Source: a virus
Lineage: Duplodnaviria > Heunggongvirae > Uroviricota > Caudoviricetes
Virus record (IMG/VR): IMGVR_UViG_2671181122_000011
Length of the DNA stretch: 11,406 bases
Strand: one strand, 5' to 3'
Positions 1-7,152 of the stretch are shown here, one piece after another (within the stretch, counting starts at the first letter, position 1; every line of letters starts with the position of its first letter). The position numbers were made by a program, and so were the translations under genes. The notes below the pieces were generated by a model. The model did no database searches. It was not told the origin of the DNA and saw nothing but the letters and a program-made list of their open reading frames with translations.

Positions 1-1461
1 ATGAAAAAATTACTGCATCTTTTTTTCCCGCTCTCGCTGCGGGTACGTTTTCTGTTAGCAACGGCAGCAGTAGTATTGGTGCTTTCGCTTGCCTACGGAA
101 TGGTTGCGCTGATCGGTTATAGCGTCAGTTTCGATAAAACCACGTTTCGGCTGTTACGTGGCGAGAGCAATCTGTTCTATACCCTTGCGAAGTGGGAAAA
201 CAATAAGTTGCATGTCGAGTTACCCGAAAATATCGACAAGCAAAGCCCCACCATGACGCTAATTTATGATGAGAACGGGCAGCTTTTATGGGCGCAACGT
301 GACGTGCCCTGGCTGATGAAGATGATCCAGCCTGACTGGCTGAAATCGAATGGTTTTCATGAAATTGAAGCGGATGTTAACGATACCAGCCTCTTGCTGA
401 GTGGAGATCATTCTATACAGCAACAGTTGCAGGAAGTGCGGGAAGATGATGACGACGCGGAGATGACCCACTCGGTGGCGGTAAACGTCTACCCGGCAAC
501 ATCGCGGATGCCAAAGTTAACCATTGTGGTGGTGGATACCATTCCGGTGGAGCTAAAAAGTTCCTATATGGTCTGGAGCTGGTTTATCTATGTGCTCTCA
601 GCCAATCTGCTGTTAGTGATCCCGCTGCTGTGGGTCGCCGCCTGGTGGAGTTTACGCCCCATCGAAGCCCTGGCAAAAGAAGTCCGCGAACTGGAAGAAC
701 ATAACCGCGAATTGCTCAATCCAGCCACAACGCGAGAACTGACCAGTCTGGTACGAAACCTGAACCGACTGTTAAAAAGTGAACGCGAACGTTACGACAA
801 ATATCGTACGACGCTCACCGACCTGACCCATAGTCTGAAAACGCCACTGGCGGTGCTGCAAAGTACGCTGCGTTCTCTGCGTAGTGAGAAGATGAGCGTC
901 AGTGATGCTGAGCCGGTAATGCTGGAGCAAATCAGCCGCATTTCACAGCAAATTGGCTACTACCTGCATCGTGCCAGTATGCGCGGCGGGACATTGCTTA
1001 GCCGCGAGCTGCATCCGGTCGCCCCACTGCTGGACAATCTCACCTCGGCGCTGAACAAAGTGTATCAACGCAAAGGGGTCAATATCTCTCTCGATATTTC
1101 GCCAGAGATCAGCTTTGTCGGTGAGCAGAACGATTTTGTCGAGGTGATGGGCAACGTGCTGGATAATGCCTGTAAATATTGCCTCGAGTTTGTCGAAATA
1201 TCTGCAAGGCAAACAGACGAGCATCTCTATATTGTGGTCGAGGATGATGGCCCCGGTATTCCCTTAAGCAAGCGAGAGGTCATTTTCGACCGTGGTCAAC
1301 GGGTTGATACTTTACGCCCTGGGCAAGGTGTAGGGCTGGCGGTAGCCCGCGAAATCACCGAGCAGTATGAGGGTAAAATCGTCGCCGGAGAGAGCATGCT
1401 GGGCGGTGCGCGGATGGAGGTGATTTTTGGTCGCCAGCATTCTGCGCCGAAAGATGAATAA
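1..1461 (+). CDS. phoQ: Sensor histidine kinase PhoQ (complete, 486 aa)
   Basis: Full-length ORF from ATG at 1 to TAA at 1459-1461. The translation matches E. coli PhoQ along its length as I recall it (N-terminal TM segment, acidic periplasmic patch EDDDDAE, HAMP, H-box [13 protein letters not shown]-box [12 protein letters not shown]). Confidence 0.95.
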   Translation: MKKLLHLFFPLSLRVRFLLATAAVVLVLSLAYGMVALIGYSVSFDKTTFRLLRGESNLFYTLAKWENNKLHVELPENIDKQSPTMTLIYDENGQLLWAQRDVPWLMKMIQPDWLKSNGFHEIEADVNDTSLLLSGDHSIQQQLQEVREDDDDAEMTHSVAVNVYPATSRMPKLTIVVVDTIPVELKSSYMVWSWFIYVLSANLLLVIPLLWVAAWWSLRPIEALAKEVRELEEHNRELLNPATTRELTSLVRNLNRLLKSERERYDKYRTTLTDLTHSLKTPLAVLQSTLRSLRSEKMSVSDAEPVMLEQISRISQQIGYYLHRASMRGGTLLSRELHPVAPLLDNLTSALNKVYQRKGVNISLDISPEISFVGEQNDFVEVMGNVLDNACKYCLEFVEISARQTDEHLYIVVEDDGPGIPLSKREVIFDRGQRVDTLRPGQGVGLAVAREITEQYEGKIVAGESMLGGARMEVIFGRQHSAPKDE

Positions 1462-1970
1462 ATATGTCCTTTTATCACCACAGCAAGGCAACCAATTGAT
1501 TTAATTAAACAACTCACACTGCAAAAAGTGCTAAAAACAGCAAATTGACTACACCATTAACTACACCGTTCGGTGCACTGTATGAAACAACGTTGAACAA
1601 ATAGACACAAGAAATATACAGGCGGGTAATCTTTCCAGGGGGAAGCGCACCAATTCATGAGGGGCGTTAATGTCGATATGGGGATCCCCATAACGGGGCT
1701 ACCAGATTTTTTTTCCGGTTAACTGTTAATCAGGCTGGTGGGCTTTACCTGTTCGGTAGGTGTTATGATTATCGTAATACCTTTCCCCCAATGGGGTAAA
1801 AGCTCCAACCGTAACGATGTTCGTTATGGTTGCCTTGATGGTCTGAGTGGTCATTTTGACCATTCAGCCAATGACCTTAATCAGAATTTTTCGCTAAAAA
1901 ATGACGTTGGCCACGTCATCCGGAAAGCACAAAATCACGTCGATTTTTAATGAACGGTTAAACCGTCTTT

Positions 1971-2010
1971 TTGTCACGGTGTGTCACTGGTTGTCACTCT
2001 CCGTCACGAT
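1971..2010. repeat. Four tandem 10-bp repeats each carrying GTCAC (ttgtcacggt / gtgtcactgg / ttgtcactct / ccgtcacgat)
   Basis: GTCAC recurs at 1973, 1983, 1993 and 2003, an exact 10-bp phasing. A nearby palindrome ATGACG-N7-CGTCAT lies at 1901..1919. Confidence 0.5.
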
Positions 2011-2057
2011 TGAGGTGGTGGACATTCTGCCCGACCGCGCATTTTTGCGCTATCGGG

Positions 2058-2291
2058 AATATCAAACAGTTACCGCGCCGACTTCCTCAAATTGAGGTTT
2101 CCGAAAATATCAGCGGGTTAGCGATTAAGCTGACGAGTAATTAAACTGCGAAAATTTCGTAGTTTGTGACTATCTGAAAGATAGTCGGTTGTTCCGGCCT
2201 CAGCCGTTGGCTGTTTCCGAAAATATCAGTAGGTTAGGCCAAAGCTCAAAAATGAGCTTTGGAACAATATCAACAAGTTACCGCCGTAACC
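2058..2291. repeat. Pair of direct repeats plus hairpins in a noncoding region
   Basis: GTTTCCGAAAATATCAG(C/T)(G/A)GGTTAG occurs at 2097..2120 and 2213..2236. AATATCAA(AC/CA)AGTTACCGC occurs at 2058..2078 and 2264..2284. A perfect hairpin AAAGCTCA-aaaa-TGAGCTTT lies at 2241..2260 and GACTATC-tgaaa-GATAGTC at 2168..2186. Confidence 0.5.
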
Positions 2292-2559
2292 GCTCCGGCT
2301 TCTTCCAGTGGTACGTAATTTTCTCCGTTTCCCGATACAGTGCCACGCGGCGATTGTAGGCCAGCATTTCAAGAACGCGGATCCGTATGTTGCGCATATC
2401 CACATCATTAAGCTGGATACCATCACGGCGCATCACCTCAGCAACAACACGCGCATAATTTTCGGCTGTCACGCTGTCCGGCTGCGTGGCCTGTTCGTCA
2501 GTCTGCTGGCTGATTCCACCAGCACGGCGGATTAATCCCAGTATTTCGGCTTCTGTCAT
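2278..2559 (-). CDS. Hypothetical protein, 93 aa, function unknown
   Basis: ORF with ATG at 2557-2559 and a GGGTG motif just upstream. Its start lies about 30 bp from cos copy A and it is transcribed away from it. I do not recognise the family. Confidence 0.45.
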   Translation of the reverse strand: MTEAEILGLIRRAGGISQQTDEQATQPDSVTAENYARVVAEVMRRDGIQLNDVDMRNIRIRVLEMLAYNRRVALYRETEKITYHWKKPERLRR

Positions 2560-2592
2560 TGTGCACCCATCGTTCTGATTGTCTGGTGTCGT

Positions 2593-2815
2593 CGGGTCCT
2601 TCCTGGAATTATGGACCCGTTACGGGGCGGCGACCTCGCGGTTTTTATCTGTTTATGAAAATTTTCCGGCAAAAGTCAGATCCGTTCTTCTTCTCTGTAA
2701 CAGACTGTTTAACAATGAAAATATTAAAAAAAGAAAGGATCTGACACGAGGCATTTTAGCCAGAAAATGCCATTATCAGATCCTTTCTCATTTTTGTTCA
2801 ATAATTGCGCGTCTG
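2593..2815 (+). other. Lambda-type cos site, copy A (cosQ-cosN-cosB)
   Basis: GGGCGGCGACCT, the 12-nt lambda cohesive-end sequence, lies at 2625..2636 preceded by CGGGTCCTTCC...GTTACG (cosQ-like). Downstream are TTTATGAAAATTTTCCGG, TCCGTTCTTCTTC (R3-like), an AT-rich I1-like stretch, AAAGAAAGGA (R2-like) and TCCTTTCTCATTTTTGTTC (R1-like), matching the recalled first ~190 bp of lambda. Confidence 0.8.
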
Positions 2816-3358
2816 TTACTCGCCTTTCTTCTGTAGCAACTTTTCCGGTACGTTTCCGGTTGTTTCTTTCAAGTAATCAGCCAGTATCTGTGGGAGGTTG
2901 TCGGCAACTCTGGCACTGGCATTACAGGCTTTAACCACTTCCCTTTTAAGCCTATCCAGCATGGCGGGGGTAATCTGTGGGAAGCTCCTTTGCATAGTAA
3001 GCGGGAGGCTGTCCATGATTGATGAAATCTGACTCGCCAGCTTTGAAAGCGCGTACAGGCAAAACTCAGTATCAATCACGTCACCGCGATCGCGCTCGTT
3101 TTTAAGTTCCTGCGCCTCCGCCTGTGCTGTCAGTAATCTGATCCTGACTCGTAAGAGTTCATCATCATCAATATCGCCTTTGTCGTTTGTAAGCTGGCTA
3201 ATTGCATTGTTAACCCTATTGTCTATCACGCTGGCAACATCATAAAACGCCTCACGGCCTTTACGTTCAACGGGAGTCACTCCCCACTTGTCGAACGCTG
3301 TCGCACTTACACGGCAGCTTTTCGCCATGTTTTTTTTGTTCATCAGGTGCGATTTCAT
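2816..3358 (-). CDS. Terminase small subunit, lambda Nu1-like (180 aa)
   Basis: N-terminus MNKKNMAKSCRVSATAFDKWGV...YDVASVI parallels lambda Nu1 MEVNKKQLADIFGASIRTIQNWQ...YDSAAVI (wHTH). Located about 135 bp downstream of cos copy B in the lambda-like arrangement. The true start may be the internal ATG at 3343. An 8-bp-stem hairpin (3362..3395) sits just 5' of the start. Confidence 0.85.
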   Translation of the reverse strand: MKSHLMNKKNMAKSCRVSATAFDKWGVTPVERKGREAFYDVASVIDNRVNNAISQLTNDKGDIDDDELLRVRIRLLTAQAEAQELKNERDRGDVIDTEFCLYALSKLASQISSIMDSLPLTMQRSFPQITPAMLDRLKREVVKACNASARVADNLPQILADYLKETTGNVPEKLLQKKGE

Positions 3359-3534
3359 TAATACACCAACTTAATTACTGCTTCAGGTTGGTGTATTGTT
3401 TGCATCTTTCCCTTTTTATTCATAAAGATAGATCAAACAACGAAACCACCACCACCCCCCTGAAAAGGCTCATAAATAGCGAAAAACCGCTAGGTCGCCG
3501 CCCCGTAACGGGCCATAATTCCAGGAAGGACCCG
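3359..3534 (-). other. Lambda-type cos site, copy B (cosQ-cosN plus divergent cosB-like spacer), cognate orientation for terS
   Basis: Reverse complement of 3470..3534 reads TTTACGGGTCCTTCCTGGAATTATGGCCCGTTACGGGGCGGCGACCTAGCGGTTTTTCGCTATTTATGA. The cosN 12-mer corresponds to 3492..3503 on the minus strand. Sequence between cosN and the terS start diverges from lambda cosB. Confidence 0.75.
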
Positions 3535-3535
3535 T

Positions 3536-3557
3536 AAAAAAGCCGGATTTCTCCGGC
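3536..3557 (-). terminator. Intrinsic terminator (GCCGGAGAAATCCGGC hairpin plus T-run on minus strand)
   Basis: Hairpin at 3542..3557 with adjacent A-run at 3536..3541 on plus (T-run on minus), immediately 3' of the 137-aa gene. Confidence 0.6.
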
Positions 3558-3563
3558 CTTGTC

Positions 3564-3977
3564 TCAGATGGTTTTCAGTATGCGATCGATGTCGCCGTCA
3601 TCGCCCTGGTTTCTGCCATCGTATGCCATGCCAGCTGATACGGCTTGCGGGCTGTGCATGTCCATAAAGTTTTCAAAGGCTGCGGTAAGTTCCGGCGCAA
3701 CCTTCGGACGTTCCTGCTCTATGGTCATGCTAAGGATGCTTTTAGCCGTACCAACATCGATACAAGGCACGTTTGCCATTGCACGCAACAGCGGCTGATA
3801 GTCTTTATGCTCATGAAGCGCCATAATCGCATCAGCGCGCGGCTTGTCCTGCTCTTCCAGTTTGTTTAGTTGATATACGGCCTCATAGGTTGATAAACCT
3901 CTGTCAGCCATTGCCCGCGCTTCGACTTTAAATTTACTCGCCAGCGGTAGCGTCATGATGCTTTCATTCGTTGCCAT
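3564..3977 (-). CDS. Hypothetical head-module protein, 137 aa
   Basis: ORF with strong RBS (AGGGGGAA) 5' of the ATG at 3975-3977. Starts 12 bp after the gpD-like stop, so it belongs to the same operon. No family recognised. Confidence 0.6.
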   Translation of the reverse strand: MATNESIMTLPLASKFKVEARAMADRGLSTYEAVYQLNKLEEQDKPRADAIMALHEHKDYQPLLRAMANVPCIDVGTAKSILSMTIEQERPKVAPELTAAFENFMDMHSPQAVSAGMAYDGRNQGDDGDIDRILKTI

Positions 3978-3989
3978 CGTTCCCCCTGC

Positions 3990-4325
3990 TTATCGGGCCA
4001 GCGGCTGAACGGATACGCCGGAACCCGCAAAGGCGGCGCATTTTTTCGCATCGGTGTCGACGCTCTCAGGCCAGTTAACGGCGGCAATATTGAATATCCC
4101 CGTCTTGTAACACTGTGCTGATTTCTGCTTTGACGTGCCCACAGGGTACGAGGTCAGATAAACAGCCTTGCCAGATTCCTGACCATCCCACGGCTTAAAC
4201 TCGCCATTGTCTGCCAGCATCAGCGGGGTAAATTCCTGAATAACGCCAGCATCAGCGGCAAAATGTACCAACGTCGTGGATACCTGCTGACTGCCTGCAA
4301 ATAACTCAATGTATGGAGTGTCCAT
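3990..4325 (-). CDS. Head decoration protein, lambda gpD-like (111 aa)
   Basis: TPLMLADNGEFKPWDG...CYKTGIFNIAAVNWPES...KKCAAFAGSGVSVQ parallels lambda gpD TPLMLDTSSRKLVAWDG...FYKSGTFRYEDVLWPEA...KKRTAFAGTAISIV. RBS GGGGGGA upstream. Confidence 0.85.
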   Translation of the reverse strand: MDTPYIELFAGSQQVSTTLVHFAADAGVIQEFTPLMLADNGEFKPWDGQESGKAVYLTSYPVGTSKQKSAQCYKTGIFNIAAVNWPESVDTDAKKCAAFAGSGVSVQPLAR

Positions 4326-4337
4326 AGAATCCCCCCG

Positions 4338-5393
4338 TTAACCAATTTTGACGGTAACAAATTTGCGAATATCTGCCGGTACCGGCTGCGGTGCACTGTG
4401 TGTCTGCACGTACTCAATCGCCGGATCGCCGTCCTCAATCCAGTTTTTCGGGTAAAACATGTTTTGTGTTGCGCCCGTTCTTACCGCTTCCTGATCCATT
4501 ATCGCACCATAGGCCACCAGCCCTTTATTGTTGGTGTTACCCAGGACCAGCAAATCAGGCTCAAGGAAATATTTTTCGGTACCATCGCTGTCAGTGTATT
4601 TGCCGGAATAGACGATAAGGGCCAGATCACCAAGATAGCCTTTAAAGCTCACCACTTCGCCCAGGTTTTTACAGGCCAGTTCGGCGGCGGATTCTGAACC
4701 ACGGGAAAGATCGTACAGCTCACGGAATTTTTTAAAGCTGCCTAATGTGCGCCATACCTCAGCGCCCATAATCATGACGTTTGCGGGGCAACCAGCCTGA
4801 TCAGCATAAAGCTCGATGTCATAGATTGGGTCGTGCATGTCTTTATCCTGCTCGGACCATTTTTTACCCTTGGCCTGCTCTATGATGCAGTTTTCCGGTA
4901 TTTTCCAGTCGATTTCATAGCGTTCTATGCCTTCGCCCTCAATGATGTTTTTTCCGGTCGTTACCGCATTCACCGCCAGCCATTCCACGCGTGCCTTAAT
5001 GGCGTTTATCTGGCGGCGCATGTTGCCAGTAATCAGGCGCATACGGCGATAGGTAGGGTCGTTAAGCTGTGCCGGATCTTCTCCAGCCATGCGCATGATG
5101 GTTTTCGTTGGATCGATTTCGTGCTTTGGCTTCATGTAGCCAGGTTTGATTGTGCTGGTTTCGTACCCTTTATCGCGCTGAACCTGGCTACCCACCATAG
5201 GCGAACAAAACGCCGACATGGTGACTTCTTCAATGTCCAGGGTATCCAGCATGATGTTTTGCGTGCTGAATGTCGCCACGTTCGGGAAAAACAGCGTGGT
5301 AAACAGAGGGCTGAATTTAAAATCCGCAATATCCCCGCGATTCAGGTACATGAAAAGCTGGTTAGTGTTAAGTGCCGTTGCTTTGCCTGCCAT
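4338..5393 (-). CDS. Major capsid protein, lambda gpE-like (351 aa)
   Basis: Conserved blocks relative to lambda gpE: FKFSPLF..LFF, PGYMKPKHEIDP, EDPAQLNDPTYRRMR, WSEQDKDMHDPIYDIELYA, RGSESAAELACKNLGEVVSFKGYLGDLALIVYSGKY, YPKNWIEDGDPA. RBS GGGGGTGA; start overlaps the upstream ORF stop (TAATG). Confidence 0.9.
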   Translation of the reverse strand: MAGKATALNTNQLFMYLNRGDIADFKFSPLFTTLFFPNVATFSTQNIMLDTLDIEEVTMSAFCSPMVGSQVQRDKGYETSTIKPGYMKPKHEIDPTKTIMRMAGEDPAQLNDPTYRRMRLITGNMRRQINAIKARVEWLAVNAVTTGKNIIEGEGIERYEIDWKIPENCIIEQAKGKKWSEQDKDMHDPIYDIELYADQAGCPANVMIMGAEVWRTLGSFKKFRELYDLSRGSESAAELACKNLGEVVSFKGYLGDLALIVYSGKYTDSDGTEKYFLEPDLLVLGNTNNKGLVAYGAIMDQEAVRTGATQNMFYPKNWIEDGDPAIEYVQTHSAPQPVPADIRKFVTVKIG

Positions 5394-5599
5394 TATTCAC
5401 CCCCATAATTTTTATGCATCCCAAGCGCCGCAAGTAAATAAGAGCGTACAAGTGAACCTATCGACGGCTCCGGCGTCATCAGCGGATCCAGTCCAGCCGC
5501 AACGCCAGCTTCATAGTTTTTTTTGTGGCGCTGCTTGAGCACCTCCACGATTTCGGGGCTTATGTACACCGAAACACCGCCTTTTTTCTCTTCAGCCAT
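5393..5599 (-). CDS. Small protein (about 68 aa) translationally coupled to the major capsid gene; function unknown
   Basis: Stop codon overlaps the capsid ATG (TAATG). Start is probably the ATG at 5597-5599 (AGAGGAA about 10 nt upstream); an alternative ATG at 5632 has no RBS. Confidence 0.5.
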   Translation of the reverse strand: MAEEKKGGVSVYISPEIVEVLKQRHKKNYEAGVAAGLDPLMTPEPSIGSLVRSYLLAALGMHKNYGGE

Positions 5600-5632
5600 A
5601 GTAAGAAATTCCTCTTCGACTAAAAAAATCAT

Positions 5633-5700
5633 AACTGGATGTTTATCCAGTCCTGATTATAATCAGAATTGCATTTTATGCAATGATATTGAGTTATGTT
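5633..5700 (-). promoter_or_regulatory. Candidate promoter/operator of the capsid operon, with nested palindromes
   Basis: Perfect palindrome TGATTATAATCA (5653..5664) contains TATAAT. TTGCAT lies 16 bp upstream on the minus strand (plus coordinates about 5681..5686). Additional dyads CTGGAT-gttt-ATCCAG (5635..5650) and ATTGCAT-ttt-ATGCAAT (5671..5687). Confidence 0.4.
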
Positions 5701-5763
5701 GCAAATTATGAAATGATTATCCCGATCACGAACGCCAGTGCATCCAAAAACCTCATATGCAAA

Positions 5764-5802
5764 AGCCCGATAAGAACCCTCTGACCTTATCGGGCTTTTT
5801 TT
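5764..5802 (+). terminator. Intrinsic terminator on plus strand (11-bp stem AGCCCGATAAG/CTTATCGGGCT plus T7)
   Basis: Strong hairpin followed by TTTTTTT, with no annotated plus-strand gene upstream; may end a short plus-strand transcript. Confidence 0.5.
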
Positions 5803-5807
5803 GGGCG

Positions 5808-5830
5808 CAAAAAAGCCGGATTGCTCCGGC
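5808..5830 (-). terminator. Intrinsic terminator (GCCGGAGCAATCCGGC plus T-run on minus strand)
   Basis: Hairpin at 5815..5830 with A-run at 5808..5814 on plus, 3' of the 74-aa gene. Second copy of the hairpin family seen at 3542 and 6179. Confidence 0.55.
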
Positions 5831-5850
5831 TATGTGTGCTGTGTGCTGGC

Positions 5851-6075
5851 TCAGTCTCTGATCTCTTTCAGAAATTCTATCAATGCATCTATCTGTTCAG
5901 GATTTACCGCCAGCATTTCACCGGATAGAGCACATCTCACAAAACCATGCTGATCCTTTTCAATCAGTGCGCCCGTCTCCAGGAATGCGCGGTAATCATT
6001 GATGCTCATCGTCTCCATGTTGTCAGCATGGTATTTATCACGCTGTTTTAATATCTCATCAAATTTCATCGGCAT
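5851..6075 (-). CDS. Hypothetical protein, 74 aa
   Basis: ORF with GAGGA RBS about 9 nt upstream of the ATG at 6073-6075, bracketed by terminators. Family not recognised. Confidence 0.5.
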   Translation of the reverse strand: MPMKFDEILKQRDKYHADNMETMSINDYRAFLETGALIEKDQHGFVRCALSGEMLAVNPEQIDALIEFLKEIRD

Positions 6076-6171
6076 TGTTTTTTTCCTCTGTTGTGTCTGT
6101 TTGTTTCAGATAGTAACTATGCCTGACCGTGACGAAAACCCGGTAATGCGCCATACCGTTTCAACTGGTGC

Positions 6172-6194
6172 AAAAAAAGCCGGATTTCTCCGGC
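6172..6194 (-). terminator. Intrinsic terminator (GCCGGAGAAATCCGGC plus T-run on minus strand)
   Basis: Hairpin at 6179..6194 with A7 at 6172..6178 on plus, 3' of the PerC-like gene. Third copy of the hairpin family. Confidence 0.55.
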
Positions 6195-6201
6195 TGTTTG
6201 A

Positions 6202-6474
6202 TTAGCTGTCCTGGTAATTGCGCCATATTTCATCACCAGCACCATCTATACCCATTTCGGCATAAGTGCGATCGACTGCCTTTTTCAGGTCTCCGAAATT
6301 ATCCGGCGGCTCCGGTGCCCTCTGTGCCTTCCTTGAACATTCCAGCCGTCGCATCGTGATGTGATGCCGTTCCTTGTCTGTCTCCACCAGCTGCATGACT
6401 TCACCCCATCGCGCCGCCGCCCTCCGGTAAAAGCCTTTCGCCTCCAGTTCCTCCGCTATGCGGTCATGTACCAT
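6202..6474 (-). CDS. PerC-family-like transcriptional activator (90 aa)
   Basis: MVHDRIAEELEAKGFYRRAAARWGEVM...PPDNFGDL resembles the PerC/Pch motif pattern as I recall it. Start at 6472-6474 is preceded by GAGGGGGTG and lies just 3' of the ssb stop, so the longer 130-aa ORF is an over-extension. Confidence 0.65.
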   Translation of the reverse strand: MVHDRIAEELEAKGFYRRAAARWGEVMQLVETDKERHHITMRRLECSRKAQRAPEPPDNFGDLKKAVDRTYAEMGIDGAGDEIWRNYQDS

Positions 6475-6484
6475 CGTCACCCCC

Positions 6485-6895
6485 TCAGAACGAAATATCA
6501 TCACCGTAAGAGTCATCGCCTCCCGCTGGTGGCTGATTACCCTGTGTGCCTGTGGTTTTGCGTCTGTTCCCGCCTGGACGTGCCGCGCGGGCACTGATTA
6601 CGCTGTCTGCGATAACCTGCCAGCCCTGCCGCGTTTCTCCGTTCTGTCCGGTCCACTGGCTTACCTGCATCGTGCCGGATACGCTGGCAACATCGCCTTT
6701 TTGATGTTTAGCCAGGAAGTCGGCCTGTTTGCCAAATGCGATGACCGATAACCATAACGTCGCCTGTCCGTCCTGTGCCTGGCTGCATGGCAAAGATACC
6801 GCCATACGCGCCAGCGTCATCGGTGTGCCCTTGCTGGTCTGTTTTACCTGCGGGTCGTCCACCAGCCGCCCGTAAGCGGCTATCTGTGCCGTCAT
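6485..6895 (-). CDS. ssb: Single-stranded DNA-binding protein (136 aa)
   Basis: OB-fold pattern (GRLVDDPQV..., WLSVIAFGKQADFLAKHQKGD, QWTGQNGETR), Gly/Pro-rich linker and acidic C-terminal tip DDISF (compare E. coli SSB DDDIPF). RBS GGAGAGGTGG. Confidence 0.85.
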   Translation of the reverse strand: MTAQIAAYGRLVDDPQVKQTSKGTPMTLARMAVSLPCSQAQDGQATLWLSVIAFGKQADFLAKHQKGDVASVSGTMQVSQWTGQNGETRQGWQVIADSVISARAARPGGNRRKTTGTQGNQPPAGGDDSYGDDISF

Positions 6896-7092
6896 AATTC
6901 CACCTCTCCGGTTTTAACGTTGATGGTTGTTACCTGTTCCGCTTCGGCAATCTCCCGTTCTGTCAGCGTGGCAAAGTTTGCCGCCGCCGTGGTCATGAAT
7001 GCGCTTATCAGGTCGGGATGTTCCTTCGCGTATCCTTCCCGCGTGTGGCGGTCTATCGTTCTGATTGCCACCTTTAAGGTGTGCTCAGTCAT
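6892..7092 (-). CDS. Hypothetical small protein (about 66 aa) upstream of ssb
   Basis: ORF whose stop overlaps the ssb start. I chose the ATG at 7090-7092 rather than 7173 because the longer form would run through the iteron array. Confidence 0.4.
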   Translation of the reverse strand: MTEHTLKVAIRTIDRHTREGYAKEHPDLISAFMTTAAANFATLTEREIAEAEQVTTINVKTGEVEL

Positions 7093-7152
7093 GTCTAACG
7101 CTTTATATTTTGGCTCTGTTCTGTCTCTGCGTTTTTGGGTCATTTCTCGCAA

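Noticed and set aside
286-1517. Minus-strand ORFs of 61, 93 and 73 aa inside or overlapping phoQ
   Set aside because: They lie antisense to a well-supported full-length phoQ, have no RBS or family resemblance, and are the kind of ORF expected by chance in GC-rich coding sequence.
1738-2095. Plus-strand ORFs of 70 and 64 aa (1738..1950, 1901..2095)
   Set aside because: They overlap each other and the repeat/palindrome array, lack convincing RBS, and have low-complexity composition. The region reads as structured noncoding DNA.
2559-2836. Plus-strand ORFs 2559..2744 and 2579..2836
   Set aside because: They run through the cos site and its cosB binding elements, which are explained by the packaging-site homology and not by coding.
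2593-3534. The inverted cos arms as a Pin-driven invertible switch
   Set aside because: The arms show no resemblance to the pix/gix half-site pattern found at 8768..8793, so Pin is unlikely to act on them. Homologous recombination between the arms remains possible and is kept as a check in the findings.
4391-5538. Plus-strand ORFs (75, 99, 191, 106 aa) and a minus-strand 65-aa ORF within the major capsid gene
   Set aside because: They are antisense or out-of-frame shadows of the gpE-like CDS, which carries all the recognisable conservation.
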